Positions 1 through 9,800 of a DNA stretch of 64,000 bases are shown one piece after another. Below the pieces are notes generated by a model. The model had not been told where the DNA came from, did not search any database, and was given only the letters and a program-made list of their open reading frames with translations. Origin of the DNA: Candidatus Goldiibacteriota bacterium (GTDB taxonomy: Bacteria > Oederibacteriota > PGYV01 > DYJU01); the NCBI GenBank assembly GCA_938034975.1, contig CALHNI010000001.1, forward strand, positions 105,807 to 169,806, read 5' to 3'. A program made the translations under genes and the position numbers. Positions within the stretch are counted from its first letter, which is position 1; each line of letters starts with the position of its first letter.

Positions 1-320
1 TAAACTTCTTTTTTATCCAGATTTAATTTAGAACTTAAAAAATCGGCAACTTTCATCTTATCTTTTATTTTTCTTGGACAGGCACAAATAGAAGCAGTTT
101 TTACATTAAAAGCAATTTTATTTCCTGTTCTGTCATATATATCACCGCGACCGATTTGCTGTTCAATTGTAGTCAAATGCATTTTTTGTGCTTTACTTTT
201 GAAAAAACTATATTGAATAATCTGAAGTTTAAAAAGTTGAATTAATATCAGTATAAAAGATAAAACAAATAATATAAAAACGAATATTATTGGAGCATTG
301 GAATTATTTACTTTATTCAT
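1..320 (-). CDS. ftsI: Penicillin-binding protein, FtsI-type transpeptidase, N-terminal fragment (runs off the window start)
   Basis: Own translation of the minus strand from ATG at 320-318 gives MNKVNNSNAPIIFVFILFVLSFILILIQLFKLQIIQYSFFKSKAQKMHLTTIEQQIGRGDIYDRTGNKIAFN... This is a TM anchor plus the RG.I.DR.G PBP-dimerisation motif. It follows mraZ-rsmH-ftsL order and overlaps the ftsL stop. It is absent from the ORF track because it is open-ended. Confidence 0.6.
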   Translation of the reverse strand, partial: MNKVNNSNAPIIFVFILFVLSFILILIQLFKLQIIQYSFFKSKAQKMHLTTIEQQIGRGDIYDRTGNKIAFNVKTASICACPRKIKDKMKVADFLSSKLNLDKKEV

Positions 321-690
321 TTTCGTCTGTTTTATTAAATGATAAATTTTTAAAAAATTTACTGCTTTTATTTATAATAAATATTTCATCTGCCGCTGGT
401 ATTTTAAAACCATATTTTTCACATGCTATCTGTTCTATTTTTTTGGAAGATATCATCATCCGGTACTCAGCTTCAAGTTTTTGATTTTCAGCTTTTAATT
501 TATTTACTTTTTCTTTTAAGTCATTGTTTATTTTAAAATCAATTTTATTTGTTTGCACGCAAAGCCAGGCATAAATGAAAAGAGGAATAAAAATAATAAA
601 AAATTTACCTATATTCTTTGGCGTATGTTTAACTTCTGTGAAACTATACGAATAATTCCTTAAAAATCTTTTTGAATTAATATAATTCAT
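313..690 (-). CDS. ftsL: Cell division protein FtsL / septum-formation initiator-like (single TM plus coiled coil)
   Basis: 125 aa with an N-terminal TM (FFIIFIPLFIYAWLCV) followed by a coiled coil (KEKVNKLKAENQKLEAEY). It lies between rsmH and ftsI. Confidence 0.5.
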   Translation of the reverse strand: MNYINSKRFLRNYSYSFTEVKHTPKNIGKFFIIFIPLFIYAWLCVQTNKIDFKINNDLKEKVNKLKAENQKLEAEYRMMISSKKIEQIACEKYGFKIPAADEIFIINKSSKFFKNLSFNKTDENE

Positions 691-704
691 TTTTCCCTTC
701 TTTT

Positions 705-1640
705 TTAAATTATTTTTTCTGCTGCCCTAAGTTTTGCACTTCTTGCCCTTGGATTTTCTTTTATTTCATCTGCCATAGGCACAACTGGTTTTTCAGTTAA
801 AACATTTATTGTTTTTTTATGTCCACATACACATGGCAACTTTTTATTTTCACATATACAATCCTTGGATTCCTTATTAAAAAAATTCTTTATAATTCTA
901 TCCTCTAGAGAATGAAAACTTATGATAACTATCCTGCCTCCTTTTTTTAATAGCTTAATTGATTTCTCTATACTGACTTTTAAATTTTCCAGTTCATTAT
1001 TTACCGCAATCCTCAATGCCTGAAAAACCCTGGTTGCAGGATTTATCTTTTCTTTTATTTTTTTTACCTTTTTTATAACTTCCAAAAGTTCCTTTGTTGT
1101 ATTTATTGGCCTTGACTTTACAATTTCATGGGCAATTCTTTTATAATATCTTTCCTCTCCAAACTCTTTTATAATTTGGGCAATCTCTGATTCTTTATAA
1201 TAATTCACTATATCAAAAGCGGTCAATTCTGTATCCTTATCCAAACGCATATCAAGTCTGCCTTCCTTTAAAAAACTAAATCCTCTTTCTGCCTTTTCCA
1301 AATGCATACTTGAGACACCTAAATCATATAATATTCCGTCAATTTCATTTATATCAAGCTGTTTTAAAATAACATCTATACTTTTAAAATTTCCTTTTAC
1401 CGGAATAAAGTTTTTAAAATCTTTCAGGATAGAAATTGCTATTTTTAAACTTTCCTCATCACAATCAATCCCTATAACTTTTGAATCTTCTTTAATCCGT
1501 TTTAATATTTCTTTGGAATGACCACCTAACCCCAAAGTTGCATCAACCCATATTCCTTTTTTCTTTTCTTCAATATCCAAATAAAAAATACTTTCCTTTA
1601 AAAGAACTGATTTATGTAAAAAATTATATGAGGTTTTCAA
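705..1640 (-). CDS. rsmH: 16S rRNA (cytosine1402-N4)-methyltransferase RsmH
   Basis: 311 aa with HKSVLLKE, DATLGLGGHS, DLGVSS.HL and SFHSLEDRIIK motifs, in dcw-cluster context. Confidence 0.95.
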   Translation of the reverse strand: MKTSYNFLHKSVLLKESIFYLDIEEKKKGIWVDATLGLGGHSKEILKRIKEDSKVIGIDCDEESLKIAISILKDFKNFIPVKGNFKSIDVILKQLDINEIDGILYDLGVSSMHLEKAERGFSFLKEGRLDMRLDKDTELTAFDIVNYYKESEIAQIIKEFGEERYYKRIAHEIVKSRPINTTKELLEVIKKVKKIKEKINPATRVFQALRIAVNNELENLKVSIEKSIKLLKKGGRIVIISFHSLEDRIIKNFFNKESKDCICENKKLPCVCGHKKTINVLTEKPVVPMADEIKENPRARSAKLRAAEKII

Positions 1641-1965
1641 ATTTTTTTATTGCCTCTTCTTCAGAGTCAAAAAATTCAAATTCCCCACAATAACCAGCAT
1701 AGATAAAAAGATTTGAAATATAATCGTTGGCACAAATAATTTTTATATCCCCGCCTAAATTTCTTACCCTTTCTTTTCTTTCGTTTAAATATTCTATTCC
1801 ACTTACATTTATATGAGTCACCTTTGAAAAATCAAGAATAAAGAAAAAATTTTCTTTTTCAATAAATGATGTTATAATCCCTTTTAACGCCAGTATATCT
1901 TCAAGATCAATATCCCCTTTCAAAATAAGAATTACTACTTTTTTAGTTTTGGTCGCTACAGCCAT
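1624..1965 (-). CDS. STAS-domain protein (anti-sigma-factor antagonist, SpoIIAA-like)
   Basis: Start trimmed to the ATG at 1965, which is preceded by aaaggaggtaatcaa. The product is about 113 aa (MAVATKTKKVVILILKGDIDL...FILDFSKVTHINVSGIEYL...) with the typical STAS layout. It overlaps the rsmH start by 17 nt. Confidence 0.7.
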   Translation of the reverse strand: MAVATKTKKVVILILKGDIDLEDILALKGIITSFIEKENFFFILDFSKVTHINVSGIEYLNERKERVRNLGGDIKIICANDYISNLFIYAGYCGEFEFFDSEEEAIKKFENLI

Positions 1966-1978
1966 TTGATTACCTCCT

Positions 1979-2419
1979 TTAATTATTATCCAGAGTATTT
2001 TTATCCCAGAGTTCAATTCTGTATTTTCTTCCTATAAAAATAACTTCTTTTTTTATACCTGCATATTCTTTTAATTTTTGCGGTATTATAATTCTTCCGC
2101 TTTTATCCATATTCACCTGATAGGTAAATCTCATTTTTTTTCTGATACGTGTATCTTTATTTGAATCCAGTTGTCCCTCCCAATATTCCTTCATTTCTTT
2201 TTCTTCATACTCCATTGCAATTTTACTCCATTTACTTATATGGAAAATATCAATATACTTTTTACCATCAGCTGTTTCTGATGCAGTTAAAATAAGACAT
2301 CTGCTTGTTTGTGGATCTGAAGACATCTCTATATCTTTTTTAAATTTTGCTGGTATATTAACTCTTTCTTTATCATCTAATATATGCTCATAACTTCCTA
2401 TAAAACCTATTTCCTGCAT
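1979..2419 (-). CDS. mraZ: Transcriptional regulator MraZ
   Basis: 146 aa with two SpoVT/AbrB-like halves (LDDKERVNIPAKF and MDKSGRIIIPQKL). It is the first gene of the dcw cluster. Confidence 0.9.
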   Translation of the reverse strand: MQEIGFIGSYEHILDDKERVNIPAKFKKDIEMSSDPQTSRCLILTASETADGKKYIDIFHISKWSKIAMEYEEKEMKEYWEGQLDSNKDTRIRKKMRFTYQVNMDKSGRIIIPQKLKEYAGIKKEVIFIGRKYRIELWDKNTLDNN

Positions 2420-2444
2420 ACAAATACCTCTTTTACAATATTAA

Positions 2445-2510
2445 CCCACTTTAACACCTAATAACCCACTTTACGGGCAAATTATACCCTATTTATCCCA
2501 CTTTTGTCAA
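2445..2510 (-). promoter_or_regulatory. mraZ promoter (TTGACA-N18-TATAAT) with phased GTGGG MraZ-box-like repeats
   Basis: Minus strand reads TTGACAaaaGTGGGataaataGGGTATAATttgcccgtaaaGTGGGttattaggtgttaaaGTGGGttaat. The -35 is at 2510-2505 and the -10 at 2486-2481. GTGGG boxes are at 2501-2497, 2469-2465 and 2449-2445, in roughly 10-bp phase. Confidence 0.6.
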
Positions 2511-2650
2511 TATAAATATAATACTTTTATTAAATAAATTACTTTAAAAATATGGTGTTTTTTTAAATGATTAAAAAATATAAACTAACTTAATGGAAAA
2601 ATTCAATGAAATTTGTTTTTTTAGGACTGAAGTAAACAAAATTGTAAAGT

Positions 2651-2831
2651 TCGTAAAAACGCGTTTTTACGGAAAAACAAAATTTTTTTATTAGTTTTAT
2701 TTAATAAATTTTTATATTTATAATGCTTTAATTTGTGTTGTTTTAAATATTTTATTTTTTTTATATTATATATTATTTTTGTGTTTTTTTCTCCTGAAAA
2801 CCGCAATCTTTTAATAAATCCGATTTTCAGG
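2651..2831 (+). repeat. Family-B hairpin-ended miniature repeat, copy B1 (181 bp)
   Basis: The left end carries the perfect 20-nt palindrome cgtaaaaacgcgtttttacg (2652-2671). The right end is ctcctgaaaaccg...cgattttcagg. The centre matches B3 and B6 (gtgttgttttaaatattttatt). Confidence 0.75.
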
Positions 2832-2849
2832 TTCAGGATAAATTTAATA

Positions 2850-3509
2850 TTATTTTAAAAAATAATTAATTTTAATAAAAATTTTTTTAACTAAAATAAA
2901 TATCCCCAAAAATGAGTTTTTTATAAAATAAATAAAATTTATTTTTTCAGATAATAAAGATAATATAAAAACAATTATTATTAAATTCATAAAAAATATA
3001 AATGACAGAGAAAATACAATATTGCTATCTTCTTTTAAATCGCTCTGGCTCTGCCTTAAAGAGTGTAAAGTCAGGGCAATATGAAAAGAAAGTGAAGAAC
3101 CAATAAAAAATGCTATAAAGGGGTAAAATTTTTTATCTGCGATAAGATATATGAGTATAAAAATAAAGGTGTATAAAGGAAAAAAATATGGTGCAAGTGA
3201 AATTAAAAAATTTGATTTGTTAATTACAACTTTTCCACCGTTTTCTGAAACCTCAATCTTTTTTGTTTTACCACCAAACAAAAATGCCCATAACATATGA
3301 GTTAATTCATGGCTCATAACGTGAATAAAAACAGGCTTGTAAAATACTATATGAACAATTAAATACACAGCAAATCCAAGTATAAAAAAAAATTCAATTT
3401 TTGTTGTTATTGAATAATTTTTAAATATTTTTATAAATTCCATTAAAGCAGATAATGAAAACAGTAAAAAAAAACCTGTCAAAAACAAATAGATTATTTT
3501 TTTTAACAT
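2850..3509 (-). CDS. Polytopic membrane protein with HExxH motif (putative zincin-type membrane metallopeptidase)
   Basis: 219 aa with about 6 predicted TM segments and an SHELTHMLW (HExxH) motif. It is the last gene of the adhesin/PilT operon. Confidence 0.45.
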   Translation of the reverse strand: MLKKIIYLFLTGFFLLFSLSALMEFIKIFKNYSITTKIEFFFILGFAVYLIVHIVFYKPVFIHVMSHELTHMLWAFLFGGKTKKIEVSENGGKVVINKSNFLISLAPYFFPLYTFIFILIYLIADKKFYPFIAFFIGSSLSFHIALTLHSLRQSQSDLKEDSNIVFSLSFIFFMNLIIIVFILSLLSEKINFIYFIKNSFLGIFILVKKIFIKINYFLK

Positions 3510-3518
3510 CTAATGATA

Positions 3519-5795
3519 TTATCCGAGGTCCTTTAATTTTGCAATTCTTTCGTTTAATTCTTCTAATCTTTTTTTTGCACTTAAATGTTCCGGATCAATT
3601 TTTAATATTGTCTCAAATTTTTCCTTTGCTTCTTTTAATTTATTCTGTTCATAAAGGTCAATTCCGATTTTATACATCTGCTGGAGTTCCTGTTCAACAA
3701 GCGGTTTTATATCTCTTAAATATTTAAGTGCAAATTCATTGGTTGGATCAATTTTTAATATTTCATTAATTTTTTCCAAAGTATCAATTATCCTGTTATT
3801 CCTGTAATATGCGTCTACTTTTTCCATAAGATCTTCCAGACGTTTTTTTAAAATTTCTTTTGCCTTTTCCAGGTAATCTTTTAATTTCTTTTCCAATGGC
3901 CTTTTCTCAATAGCTTTTTTCCATTCTTTTATTGCTGTTATAAAATCTTCTTCTAAAAATTTCACAAGTCCTTTTTGAAACGCTTCTGCTGTTATTGCTG
4001 ATTCTACATCTGTTCCACCGAAAGTTTCTGCCATCAGATTATTATAAACTTCGTCGTATTTTTGTTTTATTTTTTCCTCATTTGGATTTAAATTTAACGC
4101 ACGTTTTAAATACGAAATTGCTTCCAGAGCATTTCCCGCATTAAATGCCTCTACTCCTTTGTTAAATAATTCTTCCTGTTCTTTTTTCCCGGCTATCTCT
4201 TTTAATTTTTGTTTTGCACTCTCAATATACGTTATTGCATATGAGTTATTTGGTTCTATTTTTAAAATTTCCTGCCATTTTTTTATAGCTTCTTCTATTT
4301 TTCCTGTTTTATAAATCTCCACCCCTTCATTTAGCAAATTGGTTATATTACCAACAACCTGAATTTTTTCTTCAGCGCTTTTAATATATGCCTTAAGTTG
4401 GGCATTATCCGGATCCAAATTTAACCCTTCCTGCCATTTAACAATTGCTCCTTTTATATTACCCTTTTTATAAATATTTAACCCCTCTAACATTATTGCC
4501 TTTATCTGTTCCTGAAACTGTTCACTATTTAATTTTTGCTGAATCATCTCAAAAGCTTTTGCTATTTCCTGATTATCAGGATATTTACTTCTTAATTTAC
4601 TGTAAAATTCATAAGCTTCCTTGTAATTTCCTGCTGATAATAAAGATCTTCCCTGTTTTAACTGGTTTTCAAATTCTTTTTTTGTTTGTTCTTTGAGCAT
4701 ACTATCCAGTATTGATTGCGCCGATGCTTTGCTTGATGATATACCTTTTAAAGCAAGGTCAATTTCCTGTTGAGATGTTGCATTTTTCTTTGCTTCTTCC
4801 AAAGTTATAAGCCCCTTTTTATAAAGTGATATTAATGACTGGTCAAAAGTTTGCATCCCAAATTGTCCACCATCCCTTATTAAATCCTTTATTGAATTTA
4901 ATTTTAATTCTTCTATATATCCACTCACAGTTGGCGTTACAACCATGATTTCAACAGCAGGAACACGACCCGCTCCATCTGCTTTTGCAACAAGCCGTAA
5001 CGATATAACAGCACGTAATGCATCTGCAAGTTGTATCGCAATCTGACGTTGTTGTTCTTTAGGAAAAAAATCAAGTATCCTGTTGATCGTCTGTATGGTG
5101 TCTATCGTATGCAAAGTAGAAAAAACCATATGTCCTGTTTCAGCTGCACTTATCGCTGTTGCCACGGTTTCTTTATCTCTCATTTCTCCGATTAAAATTA
5201 CATCAGGATCCTGTCGCAAAACATATTTTAAAGCAGTTGAAAAATTTTCAGTATCAAGTCCTACTTCCCTTTGCGATATGCTTGCTTTTTTATCCGAATG
5301 AACAAATTCAATTGGGTCCTCTATTGTAACTATATGACAATTATAATTTTCATTTATTTTATCAATCATTGCAGCAAGAGTTGTTGATTTTCCTGTACCT
5401 GTTGCTCCTGTTACCAAAACCAAACCACGCGGATAAAGAGCAATTTCATTTAATATCACAGGTAAATTTAATTCTTCTAATGTTGGTATCTTAATCGGTA
5501 TTGCTCTTAAGACAACTTCCAACTTTCCCATCTGCCTGAATGCATTCGCCCTGAATCTTGCAACACCTTCCAAATTATACGCAGCATCAATTTCATTTGA
5601 TTCTTCAAATTTTTTTCTTTGTTTTTCATCCAATATGAAATATATTGCTTCTTTTAAATCACTATTTGATAATATGCTCATATCAAGCGGTAAAAGTTTC
5701 CCATCAATTCTTAAAAGCGGTGGTCTTCCTTCTTTTAAATGCAAATCCGATGCTCTTTTTTCTATCATTAAATGCAAAAGGTCTTTAATGTTCAT
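3519..5795 (-). CDS. pilT: PilT-family type IV pilus retraction ATPase fused to a roughly 400-aa C-terminal TPR-like repeat region
   Basis: 758 aa. Residues 1 to about 345 look like PilT (ASDLHL, Walker A GATGTGKSTT, Walker B-type ILIGEMRD, then HMVFSTLHT). The remainder is 6-7 repeats of the type IYK.G.I..AI.KWQE.L.I.P.N. Confidence 0.85.
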   Translation of the reverse strand: MNIKDLLHLMIEKRASDLHLKEGRPPLLRIDGKLLPLDMSILSNSDLKEAIYFILDEKQRKKFEESNEIDAAYNLEGVARFRANAFRQMGKLEVVLRAIPIKIPTLEELNLPVILNEIALYPRGLVLVTGATGTGKSTTLAAMIDKINENYNCHIVTIEDPIEFVHSDKKASISQREVGLDTENFSTALKYVLRQDPDVILIGEMRDKETVATAISAAETGHMVFSTLHTIDTIQTINRILDFFPKEQQRQIAIQLADALRAVISLRLVAKADGAGRVPAVEIMVVTPTVSGYIEELKLNSIKDLIRDGGQFGMQTFDQSLISLYKKGLITLEEAKKNATSQQEIDLALKGISSSKASAQSILDSMLKEQTKKEFENQLKQGRSLLSAGNYKEAYEFYSKLRSKYPDNQEIAKAFEMIQQKLNSEQFQEQIKAIMLEGLNIYKKGNIKGAIVKWQEGLNLDPDNAQLKAYIKSAEEKIQVVGNITNLLNEGVEIYKTGKIEEAIKKWQEILKIEPNNSYAITYIESAKQKLKEIAGKKEQEELFNKGVEAFNAGNALEAISYLKRALNLNPNEEKIKQKYDEVYNNLMAETFGGTDVESAITAEAFQKGLVKFLEEDFITAIKEWKKAIEKRPLEKKLKDYLEKAKEILKKRLEDLMEKVDAYYRNNRIIDTLEKINEILKIDPTNEFALKYLRDIKPLVEQELQQMYKIGIDLYEQNKLKEAKEKFETILKIDPEHLSAKKRLEELNERIAKLKDLG

Positions 5796-5819
5796 TATGA
5801 AAATCCCTCTAATTTAATT

Positions 5820-6821
5820 TTAAAAAGACATCGTTACCCCAAAACGATGGATTGAATTGGTCAGAAGTATTTTTAGATATTGCTGATATGTATAATCAAT
5901 AGAAAAACCTTCCATATAGATACTTCCGCCTCCTGAGATGATATATGCGTCATTTTTCTGATCAATTGAAATACCTCCGCGTAATGCAACTTTTTTAATC
6001 TGCTCCATTTGATTCAAATCAACTGCATATTCCAACCCGGCATTATAAAATTCTATCTCAGGGGAGCCTTTGTCATTTTCCAACAATTTTACTTCGCCTA
6101 TTATTAAAAAGTTATTTGTTATTCCATAATAAAAACCGCCTTTTAATATGAATGGAAGTTCTTCTTTTAAACCTGCCTGCCAGTTTAATTGATTTAAAAT
6201 ATTCTGTGCCATTATTCCCAGATTTAAATTTTCTTTTACGGCAAACATCAAAGCAGCATCCAGTCCATAACCTGAAGCTCCAATTTTTTGCCCAGAAAGA
6301 GTTAAACTGCTGTTTATTGCCATATACTTTGCATTTAATCCAATTGATAATTTCGGATATTTATATTTGTTTAATCCTAAAAATTTATCAATCTGGTATG
6401 CCCATGAAACGACTATTACATATTCATTCCAGTTATTATCAGAATCTCCTGTGAAATCTCCAGCAATATTTACAGTTGTGTAATTTAAAGCAGCTCCGAT
6501 TGCACCATATCCGGACAAATCACCCTGCGCATAACTGAGTAAATATTTTGAAATCTTGCCAGCAGAAGCAATGTCAAAAAGAGATGGTATATAAGTAAAA
6601 CTTAAACTTTTGGCTTTCGGATCAAAAAGCGACATGGCAGCAGGATTATAAATTGCCGCATTTGCATCATTTGCAAGCGCTGTAAATGCACCCCCCAAAC
6701 CAGCTGCTTTTGTCGCATCATAACCCTCTGAAAAACTGCCACCTAAAAAATTAGATTCCGCATAAATTGAAGTAAAAATTATTATTATTGCAAAATAAAT
6801 TTTTAAAAATTTTTTAATCAT
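5820..6821 (-). CDS. Outer-membrane beta-barrel protein, PorV/PorQ-like
   Basis: 333 aa with a signal peptide and an N-terminal AAGLGGAFTALANDANAAIYNPAAM motif typical of PorV/PorQ/UPF0164-type barrels. It has alternating beta-strand character and ends in F. Confidence 0.55.
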   Translation of the reverse strand: MIKKFLKIYFAIIIIFTSIYAESNFLGGSFSEGYDATKAAGLGGAFTALANDANAAIYNPAAMSLFDPKAKSLSFTYIPSLFDIASAGKISKYLLSYAQGDLSGYGAIGAALNYTTVNIAGDFTGDSDNNWNEYVIVVSWAYQIDKFLGLNKYKYPKLSIGLNAKYMAINSSLTLSGQKIGASGYGLDAALMFAVKENLNLGIMAQNILNQLNWQAGLKEELPFILKGGFYYGITNNFLIIGEVKLLENDKGSPEIEFYNAGLEYAVDLNQMEQIKKVALRGGISIDQKNDAYIISGGGSIYMEGFSIDYTYQQYLKILLTNSIHRFGVTMSF

Positions 6822-6835
6822 TTGTTATTTCTCCG

Positions 6836-9800
6836 TTATCTGTTTATTACTATCATTCTCGTTTTCATTATTTCTGAATCTGTTTTCTTTATTGATATTT
6901 TCATTATATAAAGTCCATTTTTTAAATTAGCACCTTTATCATTTTTGCCATCAAATAAAAAATATGCTAAATTAACAGGAGTTATACCACCAAGCCAGGT
7001 GTAATTGTAAAAATAAGAAGCATCTTTTGGATAATTTATTGTTCTTACAAGTGTGCCATATAAATTATAAATATTTATTTTTATTTCTTTTGCCTCAGTG
7101 AGGTTTTCAAGATATATACCATCTTTATCATAAAAATAAATTACTGCATTTCCCTTTTCAGGATTAAATACTTTATCACTTCTTAAATCATCAGTATACT
7201 TTTTAATCGCAACAATTGTTGGCGGAACAGAATACAAAAGTGCAAAAATTGTGCCTTGCGCAAGGTTCGTTATTGTTGCTTCTATGTAATGGTCCGAACC
7301 ACTCATTACAGGATTACTTATATTTGTTATCCTGTTCCATGTGACACCGTCATAATACCATAAAGTTAAATCATTTTCAGTGAGTTTTAAATTATTAAGT
7401 ATTGCAATATCAGTATTTGTATAATGCATTCTTAATGTTGCTGAACATAAAGTCGGATTAAAAGTCAATGGCATATTCTGGGCTGTAAAACTTACTGCTG
7501 TTGCTATTAAAGCATAAGTCCCAGGTGGAGATGGTGGAGAAGAGACAGCAGTTACTGTTATACTTTTAGGTGAAATTGTATTGCCCATTGAATTTACAAT
7601 CCCTGATGTTGTTTCAGTAAAAACAGAAATTATCATATAGGTAGTTGAATTTTCTCCTGTTCCGGAAAGATTTATATAAGTAATCCCTGCTGTTGTAATA
7701 TAAAATGTATATGAATAAACACCTGAATACCCGTTTTGTGAAACAACACTGACAAAAACAGTATAATTACCATCTGATAATACTGTATTTGGAGTAAAAA
7801 CCAATAAATTTGTTCCTGTTGTATGCACAACACTGCCATTTACATAATTACCTGTTGTATTATTTCTAACTGTTATGGTAGAAAGTGTCCAATCAACATC
7901 AGATGAACCACCGGGTATTACTGTGGCATTAATTTTTGACACAAGAAAATTTATCTGTGTGGATGTTGATGGTGAAAGTTCATTTGTCGTTCCTGATGGC
8001 GACTGAACCGATAAATTTGTAACAACAGGAATTGATGTGTCTTTTATATCAAAAGTAAATGTTTTTGATTGTCCTATATTATAATTTGCATCAACAGGCA
8101 CAACTGTATAAGAATAACGACCACCAATTGTCAGATTATTATCCGGTATATAATAAATTTCCCAGGATTTAGTTCCCGGATTACCTGCATTCCATGCAAC
8201 CCTTCCAGGTACAGGATTGCCATAAGGATCTTTCAATGTAAATGTAGAAAGGTTGGTAGGACCTGCGCCAACCCCTTCATCAGTTATCATTACTTTTAAA
8301 TAATTTGATGGTCCAAGAACATTGGGTTCAACAATTGAACCATCTGATGGATATTCAGAATAAGGAACTATTTGTGGTGGTGTTGTATCAGGTAAAGGAA
8401 CTCCAGGATCCTGTTCTACAATAAAAGAACACGTTCTCTGCGAAGAACTTAAACCATAACCTCGTTCATCACTTATAATATTATAACTTTCATCTTCAAA
8501 ATAACTTGGCATTACGTGCAATTTATAATAACTCAATGTTTTTGTTGTTCCGCCACAATCTACTGTTTCCTGCCAGATATAAGATGCTGTGTCCTCACAA
8601 TATATTGGTAAAATATATTTACCAACAAGAATACCCCTTACAGCACCAATATATACTCCTGGTGATATTGATTTAGAATAAAAAATGAAATCTGCACTCA
8701 TTTTAAAAACACCATCATCATAAGTCCCATCTGTAAAAGAATTAAAAAATGCCATATCCCAGTCATTATCTTTATCATCATCACCTTTTGTATAAACAGT
8801 TAATGTATCGCCAGAGCATAAATCCACAGGTAGATCAGGACCTGCATAAACATTACCACTCATTGCCAGCAAATCAGCAAATTGTGGAAATGTTATATCT
8901 TTATAAGATAAATCCATATCATAATTAGATGAAGAATCTTTTTTGAAAGTTTCAACCAGACCACCGGAGCTATTATAGATTTTCACATCATGATAAAGCC
9001 ATGGATAATTCCTATAATCATGACTTATGCCAGGAGTTTCTCCAAGTGTATAATTAAATCCAAGATTTGCAAGATTCTGACGGGTTGCATTTTTCAACTC
9101 CGAATTAACCTTTAATCTTACTATAGTCATTGGCACCCCAACATTTGTGTATTTTGCGTCAATTGAATAAATATCTGTCCATATTTGAACAGTAGTTAAC
9201 TTTAAAGGGCCAGTATAACTTCTTCCTGTATTTCCTGCAGAATCAGTAATTTCAAAAGCATACGTAAAATCTCCATCTGTTTGCATTGTTCCTGAATTAC
9301 TCAGTCCATCCCATAAAATCGGCTGATTAAACCCATAATAACCAGTAGCAGAAAGAGTTTTTATAGTAACACTATTATAAAAAATATTAAGCTTAACTGA
9401 ACAATTTTCAGTAAGGTAATAATAAAACTGTAAAAGTTCTGTCTCTGGGTTGTATGGATTTGGACTTGCATTAACCAGTTCAATTGAAGGTCTTATTCCA
9501 TCTATTGATAATTTTGACGGGCTGATAAAACCATCATTACTGGCTTTTATATTACTAACCGCAAAATGTCCTACAACAGATGCGTTTTTTAAATTAAACT
9601 TATATGATTCCCTTACAAGAAATTTTGTATTATAAACTCCATCACCAGCAACTGTATCATTATGTAATGTCATATCTCCATCATCAAATAAAAGTATTCC
9701 ATAGATAGAAGTTCCTATATCTATTGAAGCATCACCGCCTGTAATCATACTTCCTTCTGCAACCGAAAAAGAAGAATATTGTAATGTTAAATAATCAGCA

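Noticed and set aside
2652-2671. The family-B AAAAACGCG/CGCGTTTTT hairpins as ordinary bidirectional intrinsic terminators
   Set aside because: This is not adopted as the primary call. The G/C core is only 4-5 bp. The hairpins also occur in divergent promoter regions (B4, B5) where no terminator is needed, and they always come as paired termini of a longer conserved unit. A secondary terminator or insulator role remains possible for B3 and B6.
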